Assembly (NCBI GenBank): GCA_013239625.1
Contig: MU053513.1
Coordinates: 764,370 to 828,369 of the forward strand
Source: Lama guanicoe
Lineage: Eukaryota
Direction of reading: 5' to 3'
DNA length: 64,000 bases
The notes beneath the pieces were generated by a model, which did not search any database, was not told where the DNA came from, and saw nothing but the letters and a program-made list of their open reading frames with translations. Each line of letters begins with the position of its first letter. Within the stretch, counting starts at the first letter, position 1. Shown piece by piece: positions 1 through 12,430 of the stretch. A program made the translations under genes and the position numbers.

Positions 1-217
1 ACCCCATCAGCTGTTCCTTCTCAGTTTCCCTTTCTGGCCAAGCCTCTGCACAGTGGCATGGTTATTTATACACACCCTTAGCTTACTACTCTCACCCACT
101 TCTCTTCACTAGGTGAGCTCATCCAGCTCCATATCTAAATGTCATGTGTATAATGATGAGCTCCAAACCCACATAGCCTGGTGCCTATTTTTGATATCTT
201 CACTGGGATAACAATGA

Positions 218-450
218 ATAATAATAGCTAACAGTAAATGCTGAGCACTTTCCATGAGCCAGAAATGGCTCTAGGAACAGTTAGAACATGAAATACTATG
301 TTTGATTTCCCAGAAAATGATTTTACAAATGATGAAGTTAAAGCAAAGAGCGCTTAATTCAGTTCCTAACATTATACAGATAATGAGTGATTTAACCAAA
401 TTTAAACCTAAACAGCCTGGCTCCACCTGCCTATGCTCTTGCCGATACAC
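218..450 (-). mobile_element. MIR SINE, degraded
   Basis: Begins ataataatagctaaca (reverse complement of the MIR 3' end) and contains the antisense core ttttacaaatgatgaagttaaagc. Confidence 0.65.
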
Positions 451-2042
451 TCTATTTCTTCTGGCTAATTAACAGTTGGCATTTCAGACTAAATACAGGA
501 AGATCCTTCATTTTAATCAGATGTGTTTCTGGTAGCAGCCCATGCAATATCTATGTGTGTTTATATGTAAATATACAAACCATATTCAAAGATTATATAG
601 ATGCATGCTTGGGGCAAAAATGAGGTAGCAGTTGATTTCCAGGAGAGTCAACCAATGTACACTCTCAAAATAATATTTCGCCTATTTCCTGCTTTCAATC
701 AGCTGAAAATGTGATCACAATAAGCATTAATACTAAGGACTTGGGAGGAAAGAAAATCTAAAGCCGGTGGAAGAAGTTGAAGAAATATTTCTAAATATCA
801 TGGTAAGAACTTGTCGTACATGTAAATGAATTTGATAACCAAACACAGGTTAACGTACTGCTGAACGAAACTGAAGTTGACAAAAATAAGCTGACAGTAT
901 TTCTACAGGATAAGTGAACATGCTTCTTGCTTCATGTGACATTTACTATTGATTTCATATAATGTGGAATGATATCATAACCGAAATAGTAATAGACTCC
1001 ATCAATAACTGGAAACAGCACAAATTGAGTACAAGCAACATGAAAAGCGAGAGTCACCAGTTCACGTAGTCAATAAAGATCACAGCTTTCCAGATCATGC
1101 TCGAGGTGCCGTTAACAATCACACTCCCCACTTACAGCAGACAACAGTGTGCAGCTGATGGCTGATGATCGTCTTGGACACAATGTCAGGTCTTCTATGC
1201 ATCTTGGGCCACATATTTGAAATTTCACTGATTGTCAGAATCCTCGATTCAATGCTTGCTCAAAGCAGCTGCTTCTTTTTCCGTTGTTACTGTTGAATAT
1301 ATTGGGAGAAAACAACTGAAGAGCCAATTCCATAGATTTCTTAGGTCGTTTTTGAAATTCAGGTGAATTTATGACACAATGAGCATGAACATAAAGTTTA
1401 TTAGAAGCAATTGTACTATAATAAAAATTGAGCGTGCCTGATGTGGTTATAGCAAACACCTGCCACTCACACAGCCGTCCTTCCGTAAACCCATCTGACT
1501 AACTCTATTTTGCTTTCTGATCGTATCAGGGTAGCTTGAGGCATCACAGTGACTTGAGTGACAGGAGTCCACTATAGCACAGGGTGACGCATACGTTTGT
1601 TTTGTTTATAGGAATCATCCCTCCTTGAAAAATGTAAATTTTTAAATTGCTTTTTATTGAAAAAAAAAGGTGTATAAGGGAACTGTATTGTTGTCTTCAC
1701 TGCTTAAAAAGTCAAAGTTATTATAGTCTCCAGCTTTCATAAAAATTTTACTAACTTTTTAAATTGACTTTTTGGTTTTGTAATGAAAAAGAACATGAAT
1801 TATTTAATAGCTCCAGACAGGTTTGCTTTTTAAAATATATATATATGAAAACCACACAGTACAATGAAAGAGACAATGTACAAGAAAACATGGCACTCAT
1901 CACCTTTATAAGAGGTTAACATCCTTCCATCTGCCGCCACAAAAACAGCCAAAATCATCTTTAAATTTTAAAGTATGTTGGCATGAGGTTTCTTGTATGT
2001 CATATACGACTGTAGTAAATATTTGTTACGGAATCCTTATTT

Positions 2043-2290
2043 GAGAATGTTAGCATGCTAGCTTTGGAAGGGACGTCTGAGAACACCAAGTCTCATCCTG
2101 GAAGCAACATAGAAATTTCCTCAATGGTACTCCTGTCAGAAGGTTTTCTAGCATTTGCTCAATATTGACCTTGAGAGGAAATATAACACTTCACAAGGCG
2201 GTTTTCTGAATTAGAAAATTCCCTGTTGTAGGAAGATGTGCTCGTATTAAGCTAACATCTGTCTTGTCTTTACTTCACAGAATGGCCCTC
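2043..2290 (-). mobile_element. L3/CR1 LINE 3' fragment
   Basis: agaatgttag...ggaagggac...gagaacaccaagtc followed by acttcacaaggc...gttgtaggaagatgtgctc resembles the antisense L3 3' end as recalled. Confidence 0.5.
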
Positions 2291-3132
2291 CAAAGCTACA
2301 GAGCACAACAAAATATCTTAAAACAGAGACCCTTAATACCTGTGCAATTATGTGAAATTTTACTTTGATGTGGAAGTGTGATCAATTGTTTGAACTGTTC
2401 ATGTGAGTATCATGGAGGAAACCGTTAACAGAAATGAATCTCAATATCACGTAGATAAAATAAAGGCAGTGTCTTTATATACTGAAATTGATTTATCAGA
2501 ACAAATCAATTCCCAGTTTTGACAAGACTGGGGGAAAAAAATATCAAACCCAAGTGGGAAGAAAATGCATGAGGATTTGGATTCCTGCACTTTTCTTGGG
2601 TCTCATTTGACCGTATCTTCATTCCCTCACAACACAGCAAATGTAACAGGTCATACATCAAACACTGTCAACAGCTTTCCACCATCAGAGCTGCCGTGTA
2701 GGCAAAATACAGTCCCTTGCCAATAAACTCACGCTTTCTCTTCATTTATTTCAATCTGGAAGTTGGCTTTAAACATGATATGTTTATTTGCCAAGCAGTA
2801 AATTAACTTGTGAGTAGGAGAGAGAATTTAAAAAGAAGAAAACAGTGCATACAGATTCCAGTAGGTCTGCAGCACGGCATCACTGTTCTGCACTAAAAAG
2901 AAACAAAGGTCGCTTGCTTTGTTTGTGTGTTTTTTTTTAATCCAATGGCCTCAAGGACAACTTGGCCTTCACGACTATATTTTTGTCTTTGAATACCTGG
3001 CATTCTCTGAGTGTAGTTATTAATCAGGAAAATGTTCCAATGGATTACTTGAAAGAGAAGACAGGAATTTAGAATTTAGCACAGCCGTGTTATTTTAATG
3101 GTGATTAAGCTAAGGGTAAACTTCAGTTCTCC

Positions 3133-3207
3133 TGACTCAGAATTCTGATTGTTTGAGCAATGGAGGCAAAACAACCAGAAGGGTCACTAAAACTTTTGCT
3201 GAGTCAT
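3133..3207 (+). promoter_or_regulatory. AP-1 site plus full CNC-sMaf (NRF2/NFE2/BACH) ARE/MARE motif
   Basis: TGACTCA at 3133-3139 and TGCTGAGTCAT at 3197-3207 with an AT-rich 5' flank; motif match only. Confidence 0.3.
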
Positions 3208-4162
3208 GCATTTTTGTGTTTTTTCATGGGCAAATGCCGACACATTTCTAAATGAAATGTTCTCTCTGCTTTGAGTTAGGAGGAAGGGGATAATGAGCAG
3301 GGAAAAGGTTAGGACCTACCCGTTCCTCTGTCAAACTTGGATAATGAAAAATGGACACCTTGTGCATTTTTAAGAGAACTTACGTTTTTTCTGGTTTGTA
3401 TTGAGTAGCAGAAAGAAACTGATCTTCTCAAACTTTGTCATTTCCACTCAGAATTTTAAAATATGTATCATTGTTTAATGAAGTGAATTTTGAAGAGAGA
3501 TCATAAACAAAGGAGAAGTAGCTGTGTAGAGGTAAAAATGAGGCTTTTCCTTTCTGGTAGGAGAAAGATGCAATATAAAACATGGAAAGAATTTATTCTG
3601 ATAAAGTTGTAGAAAGGAAAATAATAAATCAAAGACAGGTGAAAAATAAGGTACACAGAGTGCCGAAGACATGAGATACGGACTTGAAATCTGCGGTCTA
3701 GAGGCCTTGGGTAAACCGAGTACAATTTGCCATTGATGTAGAGGGCAAGAAGGATGAGCTTTTTTTTTGTTTCTGTTTTTGCAATTTCTCATCATGCTGG
3801 TATTTTTCTTATAAAACCACAAGAATATCAGCTACATAACCTTTAGCTCAGTCTTGTTTTCTTTTTTGTTATACACCTCAAACCCTATGAACCTTGGAGA
3901 TATATAAATCACCCATCTTAGGCCAGGACAAGAATACATTAGATTCATCTTTATAAAAATTAGAACATGATAAAAAGCTTCCATTTATTTTTGCTTTGAA
4001 AAGTAGCCTTTTTCTAAGAATTCATATCTTCATAAATGAGAGACATCCCAGTTCCGTGCTTAATTGTTACTTTGAAACCATTCCGGTTCCCTAAAAGCAA
4101 GTTCCACCTCCCTGCATTACATCTGCGTGCTTTCACATGATTCAGAAAAGTCTGATACATCG

Positions 4163-4268
4163 TAGGGTGACTAAACGTGTCCTGGGACCAAGGTGCTTCA
4201 TGGGACACAGAATTTGCAGTGTCAGAATTGGGAAGGGTCTGGACAAACTGGGATAGCTGGTCACCCTG
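4163..4268. mobile_element. Non-autonomous hAT-Blackjack MITE (MER81-like)
   Basis: Terminal inverted repeats tagggtgact.../...ggtcaccctg around about 105 bp; internal ggacaaactggga motif. Confidence 0.7.
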
Positions 4269-5879
4269 GTGGTCCACAATTACCAGGAACTCTCTAACCC
4301 ACATTCATCAGCGGCAGAAAAGAATCAAATACATTATTCCATTACCTGAAGTCTCCCAAATTGATGATTTTTTTCTTATCTCATAGATGAAATAGAATAG
4401 AGATTAATTATTAGAAAAATGGGAGCTACCTTAGTGAAAGTGTTTGTTTTGTTTTGCTTTTAGTGTCTGGTGTTCCTGTTAGTGCCCTATTTAAAAAATA
4501 ATTATTATCCTCTCGTAACAAGGGGTTTTTTTTGAAGGAAAATGAACACTGCTTCCCTTTATGCAGAGAATTAATTAAGGGAATTCTAGGGCCAACCTGT
4601 CCATTATGATGCCATTTGTTCAGAAAACAAAAGCTTAAGAGGATAAAGCATAAAAAGAGAAGTAAAAATTTTAAAAGTACAAAGGCTGAATTCAGTGAGA
4701 AAGGTCGCCACAGAAATGTTGTTTTATGCAGAACACTTAGAATGTTTGCCGACTGAGAGAAGAAAAGTTTTAACGGTAACAGAGAGAGGGAGAGAAGGCG
4801 AAAAATATACAAGGGTGAGTGTGAAGCAACATAATAACAATCATAAAATTCGAGAGCTTAGATAAGCAAGCATGCAAGAAGAAAGCAAAAAATTGTTTAC
4901 AATTGCTTAAGGGGAAAAAAGCAAAGAATCAGTAAAAATAGACATAATTTGGCATCTAGTCACTATAAATAGGGCTTGTAGTTCTGAAATCCCTGAAATG
5001 TAGGAAGCATATAGTACAGAAGAGGTTTTGATTTTTTTTTTTTAAATGGCCGTGGACCAAGAAAACAGATGTGTTTGTGAGGACTTGCAGGTTTTAGGGA
5101 ACAGACACATGCTCTCTTCATAGGTGATATTACCCAGTCTCTTGGCTTTGAATGTAATCTATATGCTGATAATTGCCAATTTTTCACCTATAGAACGAAC
5201 CTCTACCTTGAGCTTCATACTGAATTTTGATCTTAATATTGCCCAGTGTCCATTCCTGTGAGCCAGGTCTCCTCCCACCATTTTCCATCTCGTTTAAAAT
5301 TTCAGATGCTAAGGACAAGAGCAGAAAGGAAAAAGCCAAAGAACCTTAGTCAGTTTTCAAAAATGTTTATAATTTGGCCATCTATTGATTTGTTCAAAAT
5401 CAAGTATCCCTTGCCTGCCATCATGGAAGCACATTCTTTTTTTTTTTTTTATAACTTAACTCTTTAATAATCTCGGTTGCTTGATTGGGGGATATACAAC
5501 TAAAATTTTCCTTTATGATAACTGACCTTATCAATCTAAGGGAAGGGGTTATTTCATATTGCAGATTGTTTATCAGATATTTACATGCATTATTTAGTTT
5601 TATTTTCACATTTATTTCACATTCACAATAATTGTCCTCATTTTGCAAATGATTCACCTTGAAGCTTAGAGATGTTAACTGGCTCAAAGCCACAGAGCTT
5701 GCATGTGATAAAGCTAAGATAGTCTCAAGGAATTGTTTCCAAATCTACTGTAAAATATACCTTACTATCTAAGGAGAATAAAAAAGCATAATTTACAGGA
5801 AAAAATCCAGCAAACAAAAAATAATTAAGAAGATACTTACGTATGTGGACCCATCACTCAGGTTGATAATTCTATTTTT

Positions 5880-6330
5880 ATTAGCAGTTCATAACAATTC
5901 TGTATCCGTAAAGAATATATTGTTTAATTCTGAATGTTTTTGAAATATATATTTATAGTATCATGCTGTGTATTCTTCTATGACTTGTTTCTCTACCTCA
6001 GTATCACATTTTTGAGATTCATAAACATTTACTCCTACGGTTATTGAATCATTAATTTTGACTGCTGTATACTATTCTGTTTATGACACTTAACAATATA
6101 TCCATTTTGCCATTGATGGCAATTTGTATCTTCTCACTTTGGAGGTAATTAAAAGCAATTTTGCTATAAACATTCTGCACATGTCTCCCTGTGAACATAT
6201 GGAAGAGTTTCTCAGGGTATACACCTAGGAGTTAAATGGTTAGATCTTAAAGTATGTGCGTGTTGAACTCCTCTAGGTAATGCCAAATTGGTTTAATTGT
6301 TCTAATTAACATTCCCGTCAATGGTATATA
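5880..6330 (-). mobile_element. Old L1 (L1ME-like) 3' region, left part
   Basis: Antisense L1 motifs ttgctataaacattctgcacatgtc and agggtatacacctaggag; sequence resumes at about 7172 after nested insertions. Confidence 0.75.
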
Positions 6331-6332
6331 TT

Positions 6333-7171
6333 TATGGTAGGTTTATGATATCACTTATATGTGAAATCTAAAAAAAAAATGACGTAAATGAACTTATTTA
6401 CAAAAACAGAAATTGACTCACAGACATAGAAGACAAACTTATGGTTATGGCTAGGTGGAAAGGAGTGGTGAGGGATAAATTGAAAGTTTAAGATTTGCAA
6501 ATACTAACTACTATATATAAAATAAACAACAAGGTCCTACTGTATAGCACAGGGAACTATATTCAATATTTTGTAGCAGCCTAAAATGAAAAAAAGGAAA
6601 AGGAATATATATATATATATGTATGTATATCTGAATCACTCTGCTGTACACCAGAAACTAGCACAACATTGCAAATCAACTAGTTCAATTAAAAAAAAAA
6701 TTATAATGGCCTCCCAAAGATAACCATGCCCTAATTACTGGAACCTGTCAACAAATTACCTTACATGACAAAAAGAGCTTGCAAACGTAAGTAAATTAAG
6801 AACCTTGAGATTGGAAGATTAGTCTGGGCTAACTAGGTGGACTCAATACACAAAGGTTCTTAACATTAGAAGAGGGAGGCAAAAGAGTCAGTCAGAGCGA
6901 TTCAACATGATGAGGATTCTGCTGGTTTTGAAGATGGATGAGAGGTCAAGGAATTCATTAAGCCAAGGAATTCAGCCTCTAGAAGCTGGAAAAAGCAAGG
7001 AAACAGATTCTGCCTTAGAACCTCCAGAAGAGAAGGCAGCCCTACCAGCACCTAGATTTTAGGCCAATGGGAGCCAGTTTGGAGTTCTAACCCACAGAAT
7101 TATAAAATAATAAAGTTATGTCACTTTAAGTTTGTGATAATTTGTTATAGCCACAACAGAAAACTAATAGA
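6333..7171 (+). mobile_element. MaLR LTR (MLT1D-like), interrupted by the L1 at 6344-6700
   Basis: tatggtagg | ataatggcctcccaaaga...ggaacctgt...aatttgttatagccacaacagaaaactaata follows the MLT1 LTR layout. Confidence 0.85.
6344..6700 (+). mobile_element. 5'-truncated L1 3' UTR (cetartiodactyl/camelid type) with poly(A)
   Basis: tatgatatcacttatatgtg...ctgtatagcacagggaactatattcaatat...A10 tail at 6691-6700. Confidence 0.9.
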
Positions 7172-7285
7172 ATGAGCAAGCATTTCTAGTGTAGTTTATC
7201 CTCACCAATACTTTGATTTGTCCATCTTGACCAGTTTACTGGGCATAAAATGATATTGCATTGTAGTTTGATTCTGCATTTATAT
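7172..7285 (-). mobile_element. Old L1 (L1ME-like), right part
   Basis: tcctcaccaatactttg...tgatattgcattgtagtttgattctgcattt continues the 5880-6330 element. Confidence 0.65.
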
Positions 7286-7292
7286 GGATAGA

Positions 7293-7375
7293 AGTAGACA
7301 GAGACAGAGATGTAGACAGAGACAGAGACAGATATAAAGACAGAGACAGAGATGAAGTCAGAGACAGAGATAGAG
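7293..7375. repeat. (GAGACA)n-like simple repeat
   Basis: Repeated agagac/agagat units. Confidence 0.85.
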
Positions 7376-7439
7376 GTTGGGTGAATTCCTTGACTCATGG
7401 CCCCATCCTTCATCTTCAAAACCATTGACATAGATTCTC

Positions 7440-7620
7440 CTTCTCACTTACTACAATCTACCATGTTTTATATTTTAATTTTGTTGTTTATTTTTTTCTC
7501 TTTTCCACTTGAATGTAAGCTTTATAAATGCAAGAATTTTCAATTATTTTGTCCACTGCTGAATGGCCGATACATAGTAGATGCTCGATAACAATTTACT
7601 AAATAAATCAATGAACAAAG
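7440..7620 (+). mobile_element. L2 LINE 3' end
   Basis: gaatgtaagcttt...tacatagtagatgctcgataacaatttactaaataaatcaatgaa. Confidence 0.7.
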
Positions 7621-7989
7621 CACAGGTTCCACACGTGCTTCTTAAGTTCTGACTGCAAGTTGCATAGTTTCTGTGATGCAGAGGGTAAACTTGAGTTCCT
7701 CTAGAGGGGATTTATATTTTCTCTTGCCAGGTAACTCCAGGCACTACCATTTTTAGATCACGTTAGCATAATTGCCCAGTTTCTTCAGATGTAGTCTTGA
7801 TATTTCAGATATTGTAAATATAGATTGTATGAATCTATAAGGTCCTGCTTGTTTTTGTTTTTGTTTTTGTTTTTTACTGCTTTTCAGATACTTCTGATGC
7901 CCAATACCAAGATTTAAGTTGTTCACAGTTTGGGTGGGGTGGGCATGAGGGAGTATGTTCTTATTCACCAGTAGACTGACGAATTGGCA

Positions 7990-8190
7990 TAGTTCTAGAG
8001 TAGCAAATCTGAGCTTCAGAGTCAAGATCTTCGGTGGGCAATTAATGTAAATCTTCTAAACAATGGTCTCCTCATCTAGTAAATGGATTCAATAGTATTG
8101 TCAAGATTTTGAGGTGAGAATTAAACAGAAAAATATGCATAAAGCACCTGGCAGCAACACACATATAGCTGCCCTCCAAATATTAATTTT
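7990..8190 (+). mobile_element. MIR SINE
   Basis: ctcctcatctagtaaatgg...gtgagaattaaac...gcataaagcacctggca. Confidence 0.65.
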
Positions 8191-9619
8191 TCTGCATTTT
8201 ATCCTCTTGATTCCAAGGCCATCTTGAAAAAAGATCGAAATTTCTGGAATGCAATGCACATCTTTATTTCTGGATGTATTTTTTAATAGTAAGAACAGTT
8301 ACATTTTAAGGATTCTAGCAAATATTTTCTCCAGTAAAATGCAATACATTTTTTTCACTAAGTGAAAGCTTTGAAAGATAACTTCAGTCTTTTGAATATC
8401 AAAACTTCAGAGTTTTAAGAAATCAGTATAAATGAATCAGAAGAGAACATATTACATTTTCTTTGAAATACACCAAATGTTTAAAGCTAACATTAAATAT
8501 TGAAGACAAAGGAAATTTCCAAAATACATGCTAAAGTCCAACCTGACACCAAAAAAAAAAAAAAAAAGAAGGAGAAATTTAGCACATAGGCACCCTTTGA
8601 AACATTCTGCCAGTGGAATCAGTATATCCATTCTTCAAAGGGAAGAATAATCTGAGACCTGTACTGATTTCCAGCCTTTTGTATCAGTGAGAAGCACCAC
8701 ATTAACTTCCCATTCTAATAATGGGTAAGCTTTAGTCGTCTTTCTGGCTCTGAAAGGAACAAATCTATACTTTTCTCACAGAATGACTTCTGAGTCATAG
8801 AGAGAGAAAGGGAAAAAAAAAAAGATGGCATTAGCCATATCACACACTCTAGGGAATTTTCATATTGCTAGGAGTCTTAGATTTCTCCTGAATGAAAGCA
8901 CCCAGAGCGCGTGACATGCTATTTCTTCGAAGAAGCTTACCTTTTGGCTTCAAATGACATGACTGAGAAAGTATCTTTAATTCCTCATAAGCGGATATGT
9001 ATCCTGACTCGAATGTATATAAAATTTAATATTTTCCTAAAACATACATTTTATCTGTAATTTGCTTGGAATATCACACTTTTCATTGCAAAAGCCCCTT
9101 GACATGCCCTGAGTCAGTTGTCAGATTAAATGTATATGTAATCAATAATACAATTCTAAGTTTTTCAAGCCATATTTGCATTTTTATAACTAAGAAAAAA
9201 GTACTGGTAGTAGAAAAAGGCTCTTCTTGGTTCTCAGAGAAGCTAGGAGTCCTTTGCTCTCAGATACTTATAAAATCTCAATTATTCTTGCAAATAGAAG
9301 AGGTAAATTAATGCATAATTAAAAAGCACGAACAATAACAAATTGTATTATATTTGGCTTTAAGTTACACAATTTGTGGGGCAGGGACTCTACCTTTCTG
9401 ACATGTAAGCTGCAACCAAAATGATGAGTAGGACTTGGGCAGGTTAAAGTGGTGGCACATGGTACGACTGGAAATGAAGTTGTTCAATAAATCTCGTGTA
9501 ATGCACAACAGCAAAGCTTTCTGTTATGTTGATAGCTAAATGAAATGCATTTTATTAATGCTTCCATGAAAAATTAGAACTATAAGCTAGCTGACTTTTT
9601 CAGTGGTATATAAATAACC

Positions 9620-9790
9620 CTGAATTAAGATTTAGAAAATGTTGATTTTGGTCCTGGCTCTCTCATTAACTTGTAAGCTTTATGTTTTCATGCAACTAGT
9701 GTTACCCTTTCTAGACCTCCTGTATTTCACATGTAAAATGATGAAGTTGCATTAAGCCATCTTTAGGGTGCTTTCAGATTTTAAAATCAG
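9620..9790 (+). mobile_element. MIR-family SINE
   Basis: ggtcctggctctctcattaact...acctcctgtatttcacatgtaaaatga. Confidence 0.55.
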
Positions 9791-9989
9791 TATATCTGTA
9801 ATTTTAACACTGAAACTGACTCTGTCAGGGAGGGAAAATGGGCCAGAGCACTGTTTCTTGACTATGTTTCCACTAGACATACAGTAAACGCTAAGATATT
9901 TCCATGGCTATTGCCCACTCTCTTTCTCTCCTTCTATTCTTTCTTGTACCTACCCTTGCAACTTGCACTATTCTTTCTTGAACGACTCC

Positions 9990-10570
9990 ATTAAAGCTGC
10001 ATATTCTAGGTCATCGATGACTTCCATGTTAACAACCCAATGGCCAGTTGTTTGTCCTTATCTTTCTGCACTTTTCAGCATCATTTGACACTTGAATTAC
10101 CAACTTTTTCTTGAAACACTTTCTTCTTCTGGTTCCTAGAAGATCACTCTGTCTTAAATCTCTTCTTGCCTCAATACACTTTTACTTGACCCTCTTTTTC
10201 TTGACCTCTAATAGTTGGCACCCTTCAAGCAACAGTCCTCAGATTTCATCACTTCTTCATCTACACTCACTGGATAAGACAGATGATTTTACCCAGTTCT
10301 GTGGCTTTAGATACATAGTAGCAACTTACAAGACATGGCTAGTCAGGAACTATCCCTTTAACTACAATCTCAATAGCCAACTGCCTGCCTGATGTTTTTA
10401 CTTGGCTATTGACTAGATATTTCAGACTTAACCTGTCCAAAACTGGTATCTTGTCTCCCACCTGCTTCCATATTTTCTTTCCTTCTAATCTTCCCACCTA
10501 AGTAAAGGACAATCACATCTTCCCAGTGTTTTGACCAAAATTTTAAAACCATTTCTAACTCATCTCTTAA
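9990..10570 (+). mobile_element. L2 LINE fragment
   Basis: atgacttccatgtt...cagcatcatttgaca...cttgaaacacttt...cagacttaacctgtccaaaactg. Confidence 0.75.
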
Positions 10571-10649
10571 GCAGAACCTCTATCCTATAACTAGAAAAAT
10601 CTTATTTCTCTAATATTATATTATAGGTGCATATAGTTTTACTAATCCT

Positions 10650-10880
10650 ACTTGTTGATTCAATCCGCTCCACCCTTCCCACTTGAGGCAGCTGGGAGTA
10701 AAGAAAAGTGTGCAGAAGCTCTGCTCCCTTGCCTCAGGGAGGAGGGACCACCTGAAATCACAACCTTGCTTTCCCTACCCTGCTTCCTAACTCCCTCTTA
10801 AGTTGCTGCTGCATGCACTGCCTCAACAAATCATTGCTCAAGAATCCCTGTCTCCCTTCTACAGAATTTGACCCAAAATA
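10650..10880 (+). mobile_element. ERVL LTR fragment (LTR16-like)
   Basis: 3' end gcactgcctcaacaaatcattgctcaagaatccctgtctc resembles LTR16-family termini. Confidence 0.55.
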
Positions 10881-10889
10881 AACTTACAG

Positions 10890-12010
10890 TTGTAGGTTAT
10901 AAGAAAATGCAATTTTATAAAACAGTGTCTGTTTTTCAAAGAATTGTATTAATTTACATTCCCATGGTAATACACAAGTGAATCTTTGGATTCACATCTC
11001 TATCACTTAGCATTGTCAATGTTCTTAGAAATTTTTCTAATAGAATAAACTAGCATCTCATTGTAATCTTGATATGTTTTTCCTTATCACTAATGAAGTT
11101 GAGAATTTCTTCATGCTTATTGGCCATGTGTTTTATAAAAGGCTGGTTCATGTCTTTTTCACCCATTGTTTAATTAGTTCTTGAACTTTTTAAATCAAAT
11201 CATAAGAGGTTTTTTTTATACATAACTGGTATTAACAATCTTTTGTAATTCATAGTTACTATTAAGTATTTCTTAGTGTTAAATTGCCAGTTTTACTTTC
11301 TTTAGTATTTTTGACTCCAAAGAGGAAAAATAATTTAAACAGAGTAAAATGTAACATTTCTTTCACAGCTAGATATTTTTGGTCTGATTTCTCAAAATTT
11401 TGCCTACATCAATTTCTAAATTTTGGTATGTAGCATTTCTCTACTATTTATTTCTTGGTAGTTTTGAATTCCAATTAGAATATCTTCTTTAATTATAATT
11501 TAGTTACAAGTATATGAATATTTAATTTCTGATTATCAGGACTTTTCATATATTTCTGCTATGTACCTCTAAAAATCATTCTGTGATCAGGCACTATGAT
11601 CTATATATACCTATTCCATACCTATCCATCCTCAAAGGTTTTAAAGTGTGCTTTTTGGCCATTTCATGTGATCAGCATTTATAAATATTCCATGTAAGTC
11701 TGAGAAAAATTTTCTATTTGTTGGATGCAGGATTTTTTTTTTAATCTATCAGATAAATTTTGTTATACTGATTTTTCGGTCTGTTTTTTGTGTTTGAAAT
11801 TATTTTGTGTCGAAATTCCCTCTGGTTATGGTCATTTTTCTAATTTCTCCTAGAAATAGAAAAGAATAGAATAAAAGAATATATGCTTCATATATTCCAA
11901 GGCCATTTAATTAACTGCAGATATGCTTAGAATTTCCATATCTTCTTGGTGAAGTGAACATTATATTCTCATGTAGTGACCCTCCCTGACACTTACAATG
12001 CTCTGTGCCT
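10890..12010 (-). mobile_element. Old L1 (L1M/L1ME) fragments
   Basis: aatttacattcccat, atctcattgtaatcttgat, actaatgaagttgagaatttcttcatgcttattggccat. Confidence 0.7.
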
Positions 12011-12029
12011 AAAAATACCCACTCTTGTT

Positions 12030-12430
12030 CACTTACCACTAGCTGCTAGAGTGACCCTTTAAAACATAAGTGAGAGCATGTTACTAATTCACTGAAAATT
12101 GTAATATTAGTCCTTTGACCCAGAATAAAACTGAAGATGTTACTCCCCGTTATCCTAACTACAGCTCCCCCACCGAGCTCACCTCTTACCAGTCTCCCTC
12201 TGCTCAACCCACGCCAGTCACAGCAGTTTCTTTGCTCTTTTCTGACCAGGTCAAACAGGTGTTTAGTCTAGGTTTTCATTTCCTGCTGCTGGTGCCTGGG
12301 TGACGACTCCCACACTGTGTGGCTTAATCGTTTGCTTCACTCATTTTCCCCTTATTGGAAAACGTATATCAAAATATCACTCCCTAACACGCACCCCTGT
12401 CCTCTGGCTTTTATTCTGTTTTTCGTGTTT
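12030..12430 (+). mobile_element. L2 LINE fragment
   Basis: gctagagtgaccctttaaaacataagtgagagcatgttact...ccagtcacagcagtttctttgctc. Confidence 0.7.

Noticed and set aside
703..802. 100-nt exon-like unit (ttcaatcag|...atg|gtaaga)
   Set aside because: Stops in all three frames and no supporting context; such pseudo-exons are common.
7293..7375. Periodic repeat considered as a CRISPR-like array
   Set aside because: Simple hexamer-based microsatellite in eukaryotic DNA with no repeat-spacer structure.
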